NCBI GenBank assembly: GCA_002633005.1
Contig: NMRA01000525.1
Location: forward strand, 80,857 to 144,856
Length of the DNA stretch: 64,000 nucleotides
Direction: 5' to 3'
From: Phoronis australis
Taxonomy: Eukaryota; Animalia; Phoronida
Shown: one piece after another, positions 13,001-22,394 of the stretch
How the letters are laid out: each line of letters starts with the position of its first letter
Position numbering within the stretch: position 1 is the stretch's first letter
Position numbers and translations under genes: made by a program
Notes under the pieces: model-generated
Told to the model about the DNA's origin: nothing
The model's database searches: none
Seen by the model: the letters and a program-made list of their open reading frames with translations, nothing else

Positions 13001-16000
13001 CATAAATGCCACCTTGTGAATTCTGAGATTCTCATTTGTGCATAGTGGTCTATGAAAATTTGAAAGTAAATTTTTAGAACACTAATCTTGAAATACTTTG
13101 GGGTGTAATGTATAAAATGTAGGTGTACCTATTAATTGTGATAACTGTTCACTGATGGCACTCACTCCACCATGATCGATCTGGATTCACTTCAGCGGTG
13201 GAGGCGCATACATTTAAGATTCACCGATTTTTGTTACCAATACCGCTCACTAAAACTAAATGGTTACGTATTCCTTCTAAAACTTATTAATTGCGGTGCT
13301 TTTCCACTAAACAATAAGAGATATTTACACATTCCATATGCATTTTATTAACAGCTGCCAAAACTCAAATGTTTCAAAACTTTTCAGAAAATTGTTCAAT
13401 ATCTAACTGAAGCATCTGTGCACTTCAGAATTGTTGAGAATTTTCAGACGTAATCACCTCTTAATGGTTGATCCTGCACTGTGCAAAATACACTTATTTA
13501 GTTGTGCCTACCTATCCATTTCTCTGTAGGCTGCCAGTTTTTATGCACTCACATATTTATATGTGGCTGCATATTGGCATCATCTCTGTCTGGGCGTCCA
13601 GACATACGACGTCCGCAGCTCTATCTCCTAAACCCTCTCAGGATCTTGATGAGATTTGGCACATGTATTTCTATGAAGACATATGTCTGACGAATTTCGG
13701 AAAGATCTGATTACGGGTGTGCCCCCTAGTGGCAATTTTATTTTTTTGCATTTGCCTCTTTATCATCAAAGGCCCTCATCGGATTTTCATAAAATTTGGA
13801 AGTTAGGTGAGATGAGGCTATCATCTTTTTGGATGGATGTGAGGTATTTTGTGCCATCTACTGGCCATTTTTGCAGTTTCGAGTCTGTTTTTTGGCATCA
13901 GCCCCTCTATCAACCAAACCATTGTAAGGATGCCATCAGCCCCTCTATCAACAAAACCATTGTAAGGATGCCATCAGCCCCTCTATCAACAAAACCATTG
14001 TAAGGATAGCATCAGCCCCTCTATCAACAAAACCATTGTAAGGATGCCATCAGCCCCTCTATCAACAAAACCATTGTAAGGATGCCATCAGCCCCTCTAT
14101 CAACCAAACCATTATAAGGATGGCATCAGCCCCTCTATCAACAAAACCATTGTAAGGATGCCATCAGCCCCTCCATCAACAAAACCATTGTAAGGATGTC
14201 ATCAGCCCCTCCATCAACCAAACCATTGTAAGGATGATTTTGAAAATTGGTGTAATGTTCTCAGTGTAAAGAGGACTGTTGATGATGACTTCGACTACTG
14301 TAGCGCTTCCTAATAGCAGTTTTGTTTTGTTTTGCACCCATAGCTGTATCTCCTAAGCCCACTGCAGTATCTTTATTAAATTTAGTAAGTGTATTAGTGT
14401 GAAGTTTACAGACGACGACTTTCAGACGACGACTTTCAGACAGATCCGATGAACTCTGTGCCCCTTGTGACAATTTCATTTTTTTTCCGTTTTCCTTTGT
14501 TTCTTTGAAGTTCTGTGACAGATTTTTATGAAATTTGGTAATTCTTAAAATAGCTTTCTTTTAAAGAAACGATGGGCTATTCTCATTTTTATGATACAAA
14601 TAAACAACCCAAGAAGTACACCATTTGTGATGCATTCGTGGGTGCATTTCAACGCTCTACATTGCTTTTGTTTATTACAAAACTATAATATCTCTGATAA
14701 AGTTAATCTAATTTAGGAAAATCTGTACACATTTTGAGAATGCCTTTAAATAATAAACATCCGTGTTTATTTCTTCTAGTTAAACCATTGGTTGCACATA
14801 CTACAGACAAGTTTCAACACCAAGGGATTATGGAATAAAGTTTGTGTGTTTATATATGGACCTGGTTGGGAGCCAGGCAAACCCAGGCTCGGTAATATGG
14901 AGGATATACCAGACGTAAGTACAGCTTGGTTGTCTTGAAAAAGAGAAATTTCCCACGAGAATAAACATGAAAACACAAATCTACTCCATTTTTAGTGTGG
15001 CCTGCTGGGTAAGTCTCCTGGCTTGCTCGCAATATGGCACAGAGGTGAACTTTCATTTTGTGAAGTATTTAAGAACCTTAGAAAATTTCCTAATTTGGCC
15101 ATCTTTGGAATTCCTAAAAAGTGAGTGATCATTTTTAAATGAAATTTTTGGATATTATGCTTTACAAACTGCATTACAAAACAGTTATCTCACTTTTCTT
15201 TCAAAAAAGTGATCGGTGGAAATTGCCCACATAGGATTTTTTTGTGTCTAGGTTGTCAGCATCTAAAACTTTAATGACAGGTTTGGCTTTTGTTTGTGTG
15301 CCAAATAACTGATGATGTGTCTTACTGTGCGAATGTCATTTATTTAATAAAACAAAAAATAATAATTTTGGCAAGTTTTGTCTCGAGTCGAGGAATTTGC
15401 CTTATTCATGTAGTAATCAATGCTTGAATGCAATCAAACTGTCTGTCTTGTTTAAGTCCATACCCTCGGATACCCTATGACCCCAGGGTCATCATCATCC
15501 AATCCCATCATTGTCTTGTTTAGATCCACGCCCCTCAGTCACCCTATGACCCCCAAGGTCATAATCATCCAATGCCATCATTGTCTTGTTTAGATTCACG
15601 CCCCTCAGGAGTCTTATAACCCCAAGGTCAGTGCCTGGAGAACTGTCTACACGGGTATGCAAGTGTTGATGATCCTCAACATGTACTCAGTCCTACAGTC
15701 TCGCATGATGGTATGTCTGACGTCCATTTTATGAAAAGTGACTCAAGACTTAAGACAGAAATTTGGTCTTACGCTCCCAATTCACATTGTTACTGAATGA
15801 AGGTTTAGCCAGGTAATTATTAGCACGCCACACTGTAGAAATAATTATAGCAATTATTTCTCAGTAGTTAACAGTAAGTGTGTATTCTCAGACACTTTGT
15901 ATTTTTGCTCAAGTGAGATTTAATTATTTTTCAGAAATAGTTGTGTGGAGCGTAAGACCAACTTTTTGAATTACTATAAGTCTTAAGTCACCTCTCTCAT

Positions 16001-18021
16001 GAAACAGGCCCATGGATTAGATGGATTACCAGCATCAACTTATACATGATTGTTAATAGGTACGCTTCATGTTTCCCAGTAATCACCTTGACTGGTCAGT
16101 AAAGCTTTGAAGGTCAGTTATTGGTTAGCAGTTGCCTGTTGATTAATTGGCGTTTTTTTTCAAATTTACGTGAATGTGCTGTAGTTTTCAAAGTAAACTG
16201 GACAAGGTCAAACTTAAGTTTCAGCCCACAAAACCGTTGCTAAATATCCAATTCTCTTTTACTAAAATCTGATTCAATTCTGGTTAAATCTTGACAAAAT
16301 TTTGCCAGACGTTGCTGTGCGCAAATTACTTTCGATGCACAAGTAGTGCATTCACAATTTGAAGCATGGCGCAATAAGGTCGCATTAACCTCCAACAAGA
16401 GCTTATCCGACAGAAAGCTAATTCTGCAAAATAATTCAGGCAAGAATCAAATTGGGTATTTTAGGACTCTGAAATGGGTCTTGTAATATTCCTTGCTGTG
16501 ATAGGTTTCCGTTTCCTTTACCAACAAGGACACCAAAACCATCGGTGACTCAACAAAACTCTTCATAATATATTGCGGTTGGCCAACTCTAGAATAGTGA
16601 TTTCCAGCAGGCATCGCATGTGACTTACATGGGTAACAGAAATAGGATCTGATCATGGTAAGGAATGTTTCGACATCAATGTGATGAGAGCAAAAGATCT
16701 AATTCGGTTTGCGTTTTTAGGCAATGCAGTCCATAACCCAAGTTTTACGCAGTGTTTACAGATTGTGATGGACTTTCCTGCAGATTGTGAAAATGGGTCA
16801 ACTAGCAAGCGCCATTTTTGGGGTCGTCCCAGGTGTTATAGCCATTTTACTTAATTCTGAAATTGTAAAAACACATGTATGTAACATAAAGTTAAAAATT
16901 CGTGGAATGTGGCAGCACCCTGTCTTTAAAATGCACCAAATTTTGGCATTTAGATTAAGATAAACGTGATTTTGTAAATGACAGTTGTGTACCTGTCAAT
17001 CATTTATTGTGATGGCTAGGCTGGTTTTAGAAAACTTGTTATTATTGAAAGTGATGTTCAACTACCTAAATGTACTAACATTTGAATTGCGCACTATTGA
17101 GTTAAAAATGCTCGGTTTGTCCTTCCATCTCAGTGGGGATTTCGCGCTATTGTTTTTGATGCCTAGACCCAGTTTGACCTATTTTCAGGGATTTTCACAA
17201 AGCACAACTCTCCTTTGTGTCGTGTTCCTGTTGTGGGGATTGTACAATGTCGCAGCGCTTGGAGAGAACAAGTAAGTCGCCTTCTGGTAGGAGAGTCTTA
17301 TTGTACTGACACAATTCAGCTGGATAACAGCTGTCCTTGTACTGACACAGTTCAGCTGGATAACAGCTGTCCTTGTCCAAGTGGTTATTGTTCTCATCCT
17401 TACCTTGTCTTTACTTGATTATAATAGTTAAATTACCCGTGAGATAATTCGTCATCAGAGACATATACTTGGCAGGTGGTATTTTTGGAGCAAAGGTCAA
17501 ACACAAAAAATAATAATACAAGTCCTGGCCTAAATTTAGCATTGCTGTATGTTCACAGTTCTTTATTAACATGCACACTTTGGCAGCCATGTATATCATC
17601 ACTGGGCACATGAGGTGTTGATCTCACTCTTTATCAGTTGACCTTCTTGTTAAAGATTGTTTGACAATGACAACTTAGAGCATGACTTGTGGCTTTATGA
17701 TTTCAAATGTGTAAGAACTGAAATCTGTCAATGAGTAGATTGTACGATTGTTATAGCTCTCTTGTCTTCCTTCATTTTCTGTATAATTGTAATTAAGTTT
17801 CACAAAAAATTACCAGGGTTTCCTCTTTGCCTAGGTCAGCGGCGCCCCCTTTGGAGCTGTTGCGATGTCTCTCCTTGTTGGTCCTTGTTCATCACATTCA
17901 ACAAGAGTACACGGTGAACGAGTGGGTTGCCAACTTCCTGTACGCATTCTACGGAATTAGCGCTATGTATTTAGTGACTCTGTGCGTTCCCTCGTCCAAA
18001 CCATCCTTCAAACAGGAGTGA
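249..18021 (+). CDS. AGMO: Alkylglycerol monooxygenase (fatty acid hydroxylase superfamily), 11 coding exons, 452 aa
   Basis: join(249-392,2773-2900,3583-3734,5405-5508,7838-7933,10665-10797,12563-12642,14780-14914,15594-15710,17189-17271,17835-18021) = 1359 nt. All introns are GT-AG with consistent phases. His motifs [60 protein letters not shown] and [12 protein letters not shown] are diagnostic of AGMO/TMEM195. Confidence 0.95.
1033..1070 (+). repeat. (TTA)n microsatellite, probably a retroposon 3' tail
   Basis: Preceded by AATAAA. Confidence 0.85.
2773..2900 (+). CDS. AGMO: AGMO exon 2
   Basis: [36 protein letters not shown]; cag/ and /gtgagt. Confidence 0.93.
3175..3272. repeat. 24-bp minisatellite x4
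   Basis: acaaccatttaagatgatgtcaca. Confidence 0.95.
3583..3734 (+). CDS. AGMO: AGMO exon 3
   Basis: [28 protein letters not shown]; tttcag/ and /gtaaga. Confidence 0.95.
3808..4218. mobile_element. MITE with long imperfect TIRs
   Basis: ctcgaaacgaactcaaaattatttttggca / tgccaaacataattttgagttccatttcgag; related partial copy at about 57480-57660. Confidence 0.55.
4918..5196. mobile_element. CATAG-terminated P-like MITE family (related copies at about 2060-2330 and 11833-12240)
   Basis: Termini CATAGATTATA / TATAGTCTATG, near-TSD attacac/attacag; shared body atggactgccaactc...cactagcgacacctgg...ttccggcaagtac in three AGMO introns. Confidence 0.6.
5405..5508 (+). CDS. AGMO: AGMO exon 4
   Basis: [34 protein letters not shown]; /gtgagt. 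Confidence 0.96.
6521..6975. mobile_element. PIF/Harbinger-like MITE
   Basis: TAA TSD, TIR AGGCCCTTTC / GAAAGGGCCT. Confidence 0.65.
7838..7933 (+). CDS. AGMO: AGMO exon 5
   Basis: [32 protein letters not shown]; /gtgagt. Confidence 0.96.
8497..10276 (+). mobile_element. Helentron/DINE-1-like non-autonomous element (HINE), family A
   Basis: T-run, 5' hairpin gcccacatat-ttat-atgtgg, (gtcc)-type microsatellite, internal diverged repeats, 3' subTIR gtggacgcat plus palindrome aacgc-tcc-gcgtt, ending cttgtt. Confidence 0.75.
10665..10797 (+). CDS. AGMO: AGMO exon 6
   Basis: [44 protein letters not shown]; /gtgagc. Confidence 0.96.
10929..11000. mobile_element. Penelope-like inverted pLTR remnant with hammerhead-like motif
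   Basis: ggaggctgacgtttcggc ... ttgacgaaggcctgg-caga-ccaggc-tgaaatgtctgcctcc; related motif at 4598-4635. Confidence 0.5.
11054..11409. mobile_element. hAT-like MITE
   Basis: TIR CAGGGTTTGGAAT / ATTCCAAGCCCTG, flanked by AAATAG on both sides. Confidence 0.65.
12222..12522. repeat. 22-bp minisatellite x about 13
   Basis: gggtccatgtactatagtctat. Confidence 0.95.
12563..12642 (+). CDS. AGMO: AGMO exon 7
   Basis: [27 protein letters not shown]. Confidence 0.94.
13538..14672 (+). mobile_element. HINE family A copy
   Basis: Same termini and body as 8497-10276; contains a 38-bp tandem array. Confidence 0.72.
13896..14237. repeat. 38-bp minisatellite x9 inside HINE
   Basis: catcagcccctctatcaacaaaaccattgtaaggatgc. 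Confidence 0.95.
14780..14914 (+). CDS. AGMO: AGMO exon 8
   Basis: LNHWLHILQ...[19 protein letters not shown]; /gtaagt. Confidence 0.95.
15443..15630 (+). repeat. About 70-bp tandem triplication overlapping the AGMO exon 9 acceptor
   Basis: tgtcttgtttagat.cacgcccctcag...tat.acccc.aggtca repeated about 2.7 times. Confidence 0.85.
15594..15710 (+). CDS. AGMO: AGMO exon 9
   Basis: [39 protein letters not shown], 117 nt, phase 0/0; tttag/ and /gtatgt. Confidence 0.85.
15718..16012. mobile_element. MITE family with TIR atgaaaagtgact(t/c)aagactta...ggtcttacgctc (other copies at about 2440-2720, 23940-24185, 26310-26562, 29315-29575)
   Basis: Inverted terminal similarity and five dispersed copies in the window. 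Confidence 0.6.
17189..17271 (+). CDS. AGMO: AGMO exon 10
   Basis: [27 protein letters not shown]; ttttcag/ and /gtaagt. Confidence 0.9.
17301..17376. repeat. 36-bp tandem duplication
   Basis: ttgtactgacacaRttcagctggataacagctgtcc x2. Confidence 0.9.
17835..18021 (+). CDS. AGMO: AGMO exon 11 (terminal)
   Basis: [17 protein letters not shown]...KPSFKQE*, matching the ExLRC motif of the AGMO C-terminus. Confidence 0.88.
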
Positions 18022-19679
18022 TGAACAGGCGTGGCCAGTGAACTGAAATCTTGTTGCGTAGCTTTTTTGAAAAATTCTTTCCTTAATATTTTTCATTTTC
18101 CATACATCCATATGTAATTCTTGGACGAAATGACACAAATTCGTTCATGATGCCTCGGTGTAAGAGAACTCTTGGTTAACGTTTAAGCTGGAATGACTAG
18201 TCATGCTGGGTCATTAACGGCTGTGACGGTGAATTATTTTTTGTCCGTTTAATTTTGGTGTCTTCTGTACACTAAATGTTTTTCAAAACATTTAGTTAAA
18301 ACGAGTATTGCAACTAATTTTGATGTTTTCTTGCCCGATGTGTCTCTGGTTACGTGTTACTTTTCCACTAGCTGATATGTTCTGTCTATGGAGCATTTGA
18401 AAGGCACATGCATGTCGCAGCACAAAGGTCAGGGCCTAGGATCAAATCTCCAAACACAGATTCGAAATTAACCAATCACGGGACACGATTCGTGTACAAT
18501 TTTGAAACTTTACTCAAAGCATGCCATATCATTGATCAATTTTAGAGATGACTTTAAATGTTTCTCTGAGGATACCAGGGATTTGTAGCTTTTTTGCTTT
18601 CGCCTCGAGACATATTTTTGCGACAAGGAATTTATTTAGAATGCTAGCTGTGATTGAGAGGTTACTGTTCGTAAACCAATATATTATATCGACTCTTGTA
18701 TTTTGTAATGTTTTTAAATTATATTGTAAATGATTTTAGTGTGTTTTGTGTCCATTCATCACGTGCATTTGTGAGTGGAGCTACTGATGTGTTTTCATTC
18801 ACAAGACAGACTTGTTGTTCCTATAATTTCTTATGAATTTCAAATTGGTGCTTAAATGAAACTGTTTTAGTGATAAAAATGTTGATTATGGTTGATAGAT
18901 CCGTGTTATGGATGATTGTCATTAATTTAAAATTAAAACTTAAGTATTACCGAAATAAGTAGTAACTGAAGGCCTGGGAGTTTAATATGCCAGGTGAAGC
19001 CTACTACAAACTGAACATGCGGACTCCGAAGGTTAATTTGCACTTTAAAAGCTGCTATGTGAATCTACTTACAGACGATTATGATATTGGTCTTAACTTC
19101 CTCCTAATTCTATTTAGACATGCTTTCTGGGCTTAACTCTTTTTATTGCGATTGTATTTTTCGCAGTGAACATTTTTAAAAAATCAATTTTAATTGATTT
19201 TGGAGCTTGGAAAGAACCAACAGTTCCTTATTGCTCCAGACAAGGTTTATTAAGTAATTAGAAATTCGTCCCCATTCACTACACTTTGAACTTCATCAAT
19301 AGACCTGTACATTGTGTCTTCTTCAATAGTACTTGCTAAACTCTGGTATATTCTGGACTAAAACTGGTGATTTTTTTGATATCTTTGGCGTTTGAAATTG
19401 AATTCCTGATAAAAATTTAGTTTACAAGTTAATGTCATTTTTGGCCGAAGAAATACAATAAAAATTTGCCAAAATAAATTCTTCAGGTTCCAGTTCTGTG
19501 GTATCCATAGTAATTCTTTGAACCATGGTAGATTATTGGCCAAGTCGAAAGAATCGGGTTTATAGCAGAGATGAATTTTACCATTGAGGTAATTTTCTCG
19601 TTATCACGTAAATTAAGAACGTTAATTTGCTGTAATTATATCCAACATTTTTGTTGTGTATCTTACTTTGTCAAATAAA

Positions 19680-19956
19680 ATACGATGAATGTTTTCAGTC
19701 ATCCAGTTGGGTCAGTATAAGAAACAATAAATAAATCTACTACTGGACTTACGCTATGTAGAGATGGCTACGTTGCGTCCTCCTCTCGAGGACTTCATCA
19801 GGCCACTGAGTTGTCACGTGACTTGTCATGTGATCCGTCGCAGTTTCCGCGGGATTCTCTTCAGCGCCCTATCCCATGTCCTAGGTAAGTGAAACCGCAA
19901 CAACTGACTCCTTATGGTGTTAACAGGTTTGAATACAACAGCAATGTCGTGTCCCC
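19680..19956 (-). mobile_element. Penelope-like retroelement fragment inserted in the Gypsy 3' LTR
   Basis: Flanked by a 9-bp duplication TCAAATAAA. The minus strand encodes LRGHDIAVVFKPVNTIRSQL and RFHLPRTWDRAL (resembling PLE ORF pieces), followed by a hammerhead-like motif. Confidence 0.75.
19764..19806 (-). ncRNA. Degenerate minimal type I hammerhead ribozyme motif (PLE-associated)
   Basis: GTGGC-CTGATGA-A-GTCCTC gagag GAGGAC-GCAA-C-GTA-GCCAT. Stems I and II and the core are present, but GAAA is mutated to GCAA. Confidence 0.6.
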
Positions 19957-22353
19957 TCAAATAAAGTAGACACTCCATGAACTATGCAGTGAAACAAACA
20001 GACTCGGAATTGAACTGAACACTAAACAGTAACAACCTACAAACATCCTGTTATTGTGTGACTAAGTACACAACACTCTCCCTCACTATATATAAAGTAA
20101 GCTCCTGTTAAGTTAATCAAGTTCGCTGTATGAAATACATGTACGCTAACATATTAGTCATCATATCCAAATCTAACCGGTTGTTTTCTATTCATTGTTG
20201 ATCTTAATTCAACATCAGGTTTCTCAGTAACATCTGATTTAACAACTCTCTCTTCCGATTGACTCATTTCACTGTCGACAAATTCTCTGTCATCATTTCC
20301 AGACACCAATTATTTACTACAAGTGTCACTTTCAATTACTGGTACATCACTGTTATGGTTAGACTCTTCAAGACTAACATCTGGAAACACTTCATCATTG
20401 ACAGTTGGAATAACAACATGGTCAGGCTTAACACTAAAGTCTTTCACAATCGGCTGATTCACCAACATCAGATTTGAAACTTCTATGCAACAATTGATCA
20501 ACATGTCTTCCACACTACCTGTACCTCATATATCAGAGAACCAAGTTTACATGTAATAATACCAGGTATCCACTTCTCTTTACCAATGTAATTTCTCGCA
20601 AATACATTATCACCAACATTAAAAACTCTCGCATGAGAACCAGTCCTCTACTTCTGTCTTCCACGATTTTGTGCAGTTTCTCTGCCATTTGATTTTGGAA
20701 ATCAAGTTTCACCAAATCTAAACGATTTCTTGGACGTCTCTTCATGACCAGCATTGCTGGTGTTTCATTTGTGGTACTGTGCGGCGCATTTCGATATGCT
20801 AACAAAAATTTGTTTTGAATCGAACCGCTTTCAGGGTTTGCAGCTTTCAATCCTTGCTTTAATGAATGTACAAATCTTTCAGCTTGACCATTAGTAGATG
20901 GATTAAATGGTGGATTTAATTTATGATTAATCCCCTTTTCACGTACAAATCTCTTGAATTCACCAGAAATGAACTGTGGACCATTGTCCGAAACTTAGAT
21001 CTTTGGAAATCCATATCTACTAAACAATGAATTGAGAATACTGATCGTTTTCTCACTTGTAGTTTGCTTCATGATAAAAACCTCTGTCCATTTAGAAAAT
21101 GCTTCTACCACTATAAAAAACATTTTGTTTTCGTTGGGTCCTGCAAAATCTATATGAATACGCTCCCATGGTTGAGAACTAATTGGTATCCATGGATGTA
21201 ATGGTGGGTTGTTTTGGATGTATGGATTTGTCCAAGTTTGGCCATTATACAAATGATTGAGCAACAGCTTTCATTTTCACAACCCCAAAATGCCCGACAT
21301 GCAACTCATTTAACACCTTCTACAGTTTGGCGGTATTATTACTCTTAATCCCCAAAATAAACATCCATTTTCTATTGTAAGCTCATTTCTCCTGTAGAAA
21401 AAAGGCTTCAATACTTCATCAGTTTCTGACAATTTCTTCGGCCACCCATCAATGGTATACCTCATAACTCTTGATAAAACAGTATCATTCCGCGTTTCCC
21501 GTTTTATAAGGTTATTTTCCACAGGCAAAATATCAACATGGAATATCTGAGCATAAGTTGGCTCAAATTTATTATCAGCTTGTTGACAACCTTCAGCTGG
21601 TAATTTCGATAAACAGTCCCCGTTGGCATTGGATTGGCTGTTACGAAATTTGATATCGTAATTGAATCCAAATACATTGCCCATCTTTGCATTCTTTCTG
21701 CTGCTAAAATAGATAAGTCATCTCGTCGCCACTGTTGTGTATCTTACTTTGTCAAATAAAGTAGACACTCCATGAACTACGCAGTGAAACGAACAGAATT
21801 GAACTGAACACTGAACTCATAAACAATAACAAACTACAAAAACATCCTGTTATTGTGTGACTAAGTACACAATTTTCAAGTCTGGTTTGCACGCCACTTA
21901 TTGGCGTATTTAAGAACTAAGACAAAGACTTCAACATCAAAACTAGGATTTTCAAAGATGGGGCTTTTTAAAAGTAAAAAGAACTGAATTGCGAAAGTGT
22001 TGACTCCAATAATTACAAAATATGACAGCTGTTTAAATACCTATAGCTTTTTATTGAGTGCAGTTTAGGGGATCAAAGCTGAAATTTATTAGAGGCACAG
22101 TCATGAAATCATATGTACCCGACAGGCGTGTTAATTACAAATTATACACAGCTGTTTATGAAGAACAATATCTTTTTATCAACAATCTCGGTGAATACAG
22201 AGTACATTTAGCCTACAACTACGGTTACGTAGCACTGCTTCTATAAAATGTTCATCTGTCTCAGATTGTTCCGACAATTCACTGACAACACTTGAGTGCA
22301 GTCTTGGAATCTTCTGCATTGAGTGATGCGCTTGAACCTGCCAAAACTTGCAG

Positions 22354-22394
22354 CTAGCCCATGTTTTGCCGGTTACCCCAGCCCCTTCGGTGAT
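22354..22394 (-). CDS. IGBP1: IGBP1 exon 9 (terminal)
   Basis: (D)HRRGWGNRQNMG*; acceptor ttccag. Confidence 0.95.

Larger units (their letters stand above)
19652..21871 (-). mobile_element. Internally deleted Ty3/Gypsy LTR retrotransposon
   Basis: LTR copies at 19652-20075 (interrupted) and 21733-21871, TSD ATTTT. PBS TGGCGACGAG (tRNA-Ser-like) at about 21722-21731 and PPT GAGGGAGAG at 20076-20084. Frameshifted RNaseH/integrase remains: RMQRWA, NANGDCLSKLP, PWERIHIDFAGP, DNGPQFISGEF, FLLAYRNAPHSTTNETPA. Confidence 0.92.

Noticed and set aside
16505-16657. Possible alternative AGMO exon (atag/GTTTCC...ATG/gtaagg)
   Set aside because: It has a stop in the phase-0 frame and no AGMO similarity. 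The 117-nt exon at 15594 already completes the protein.
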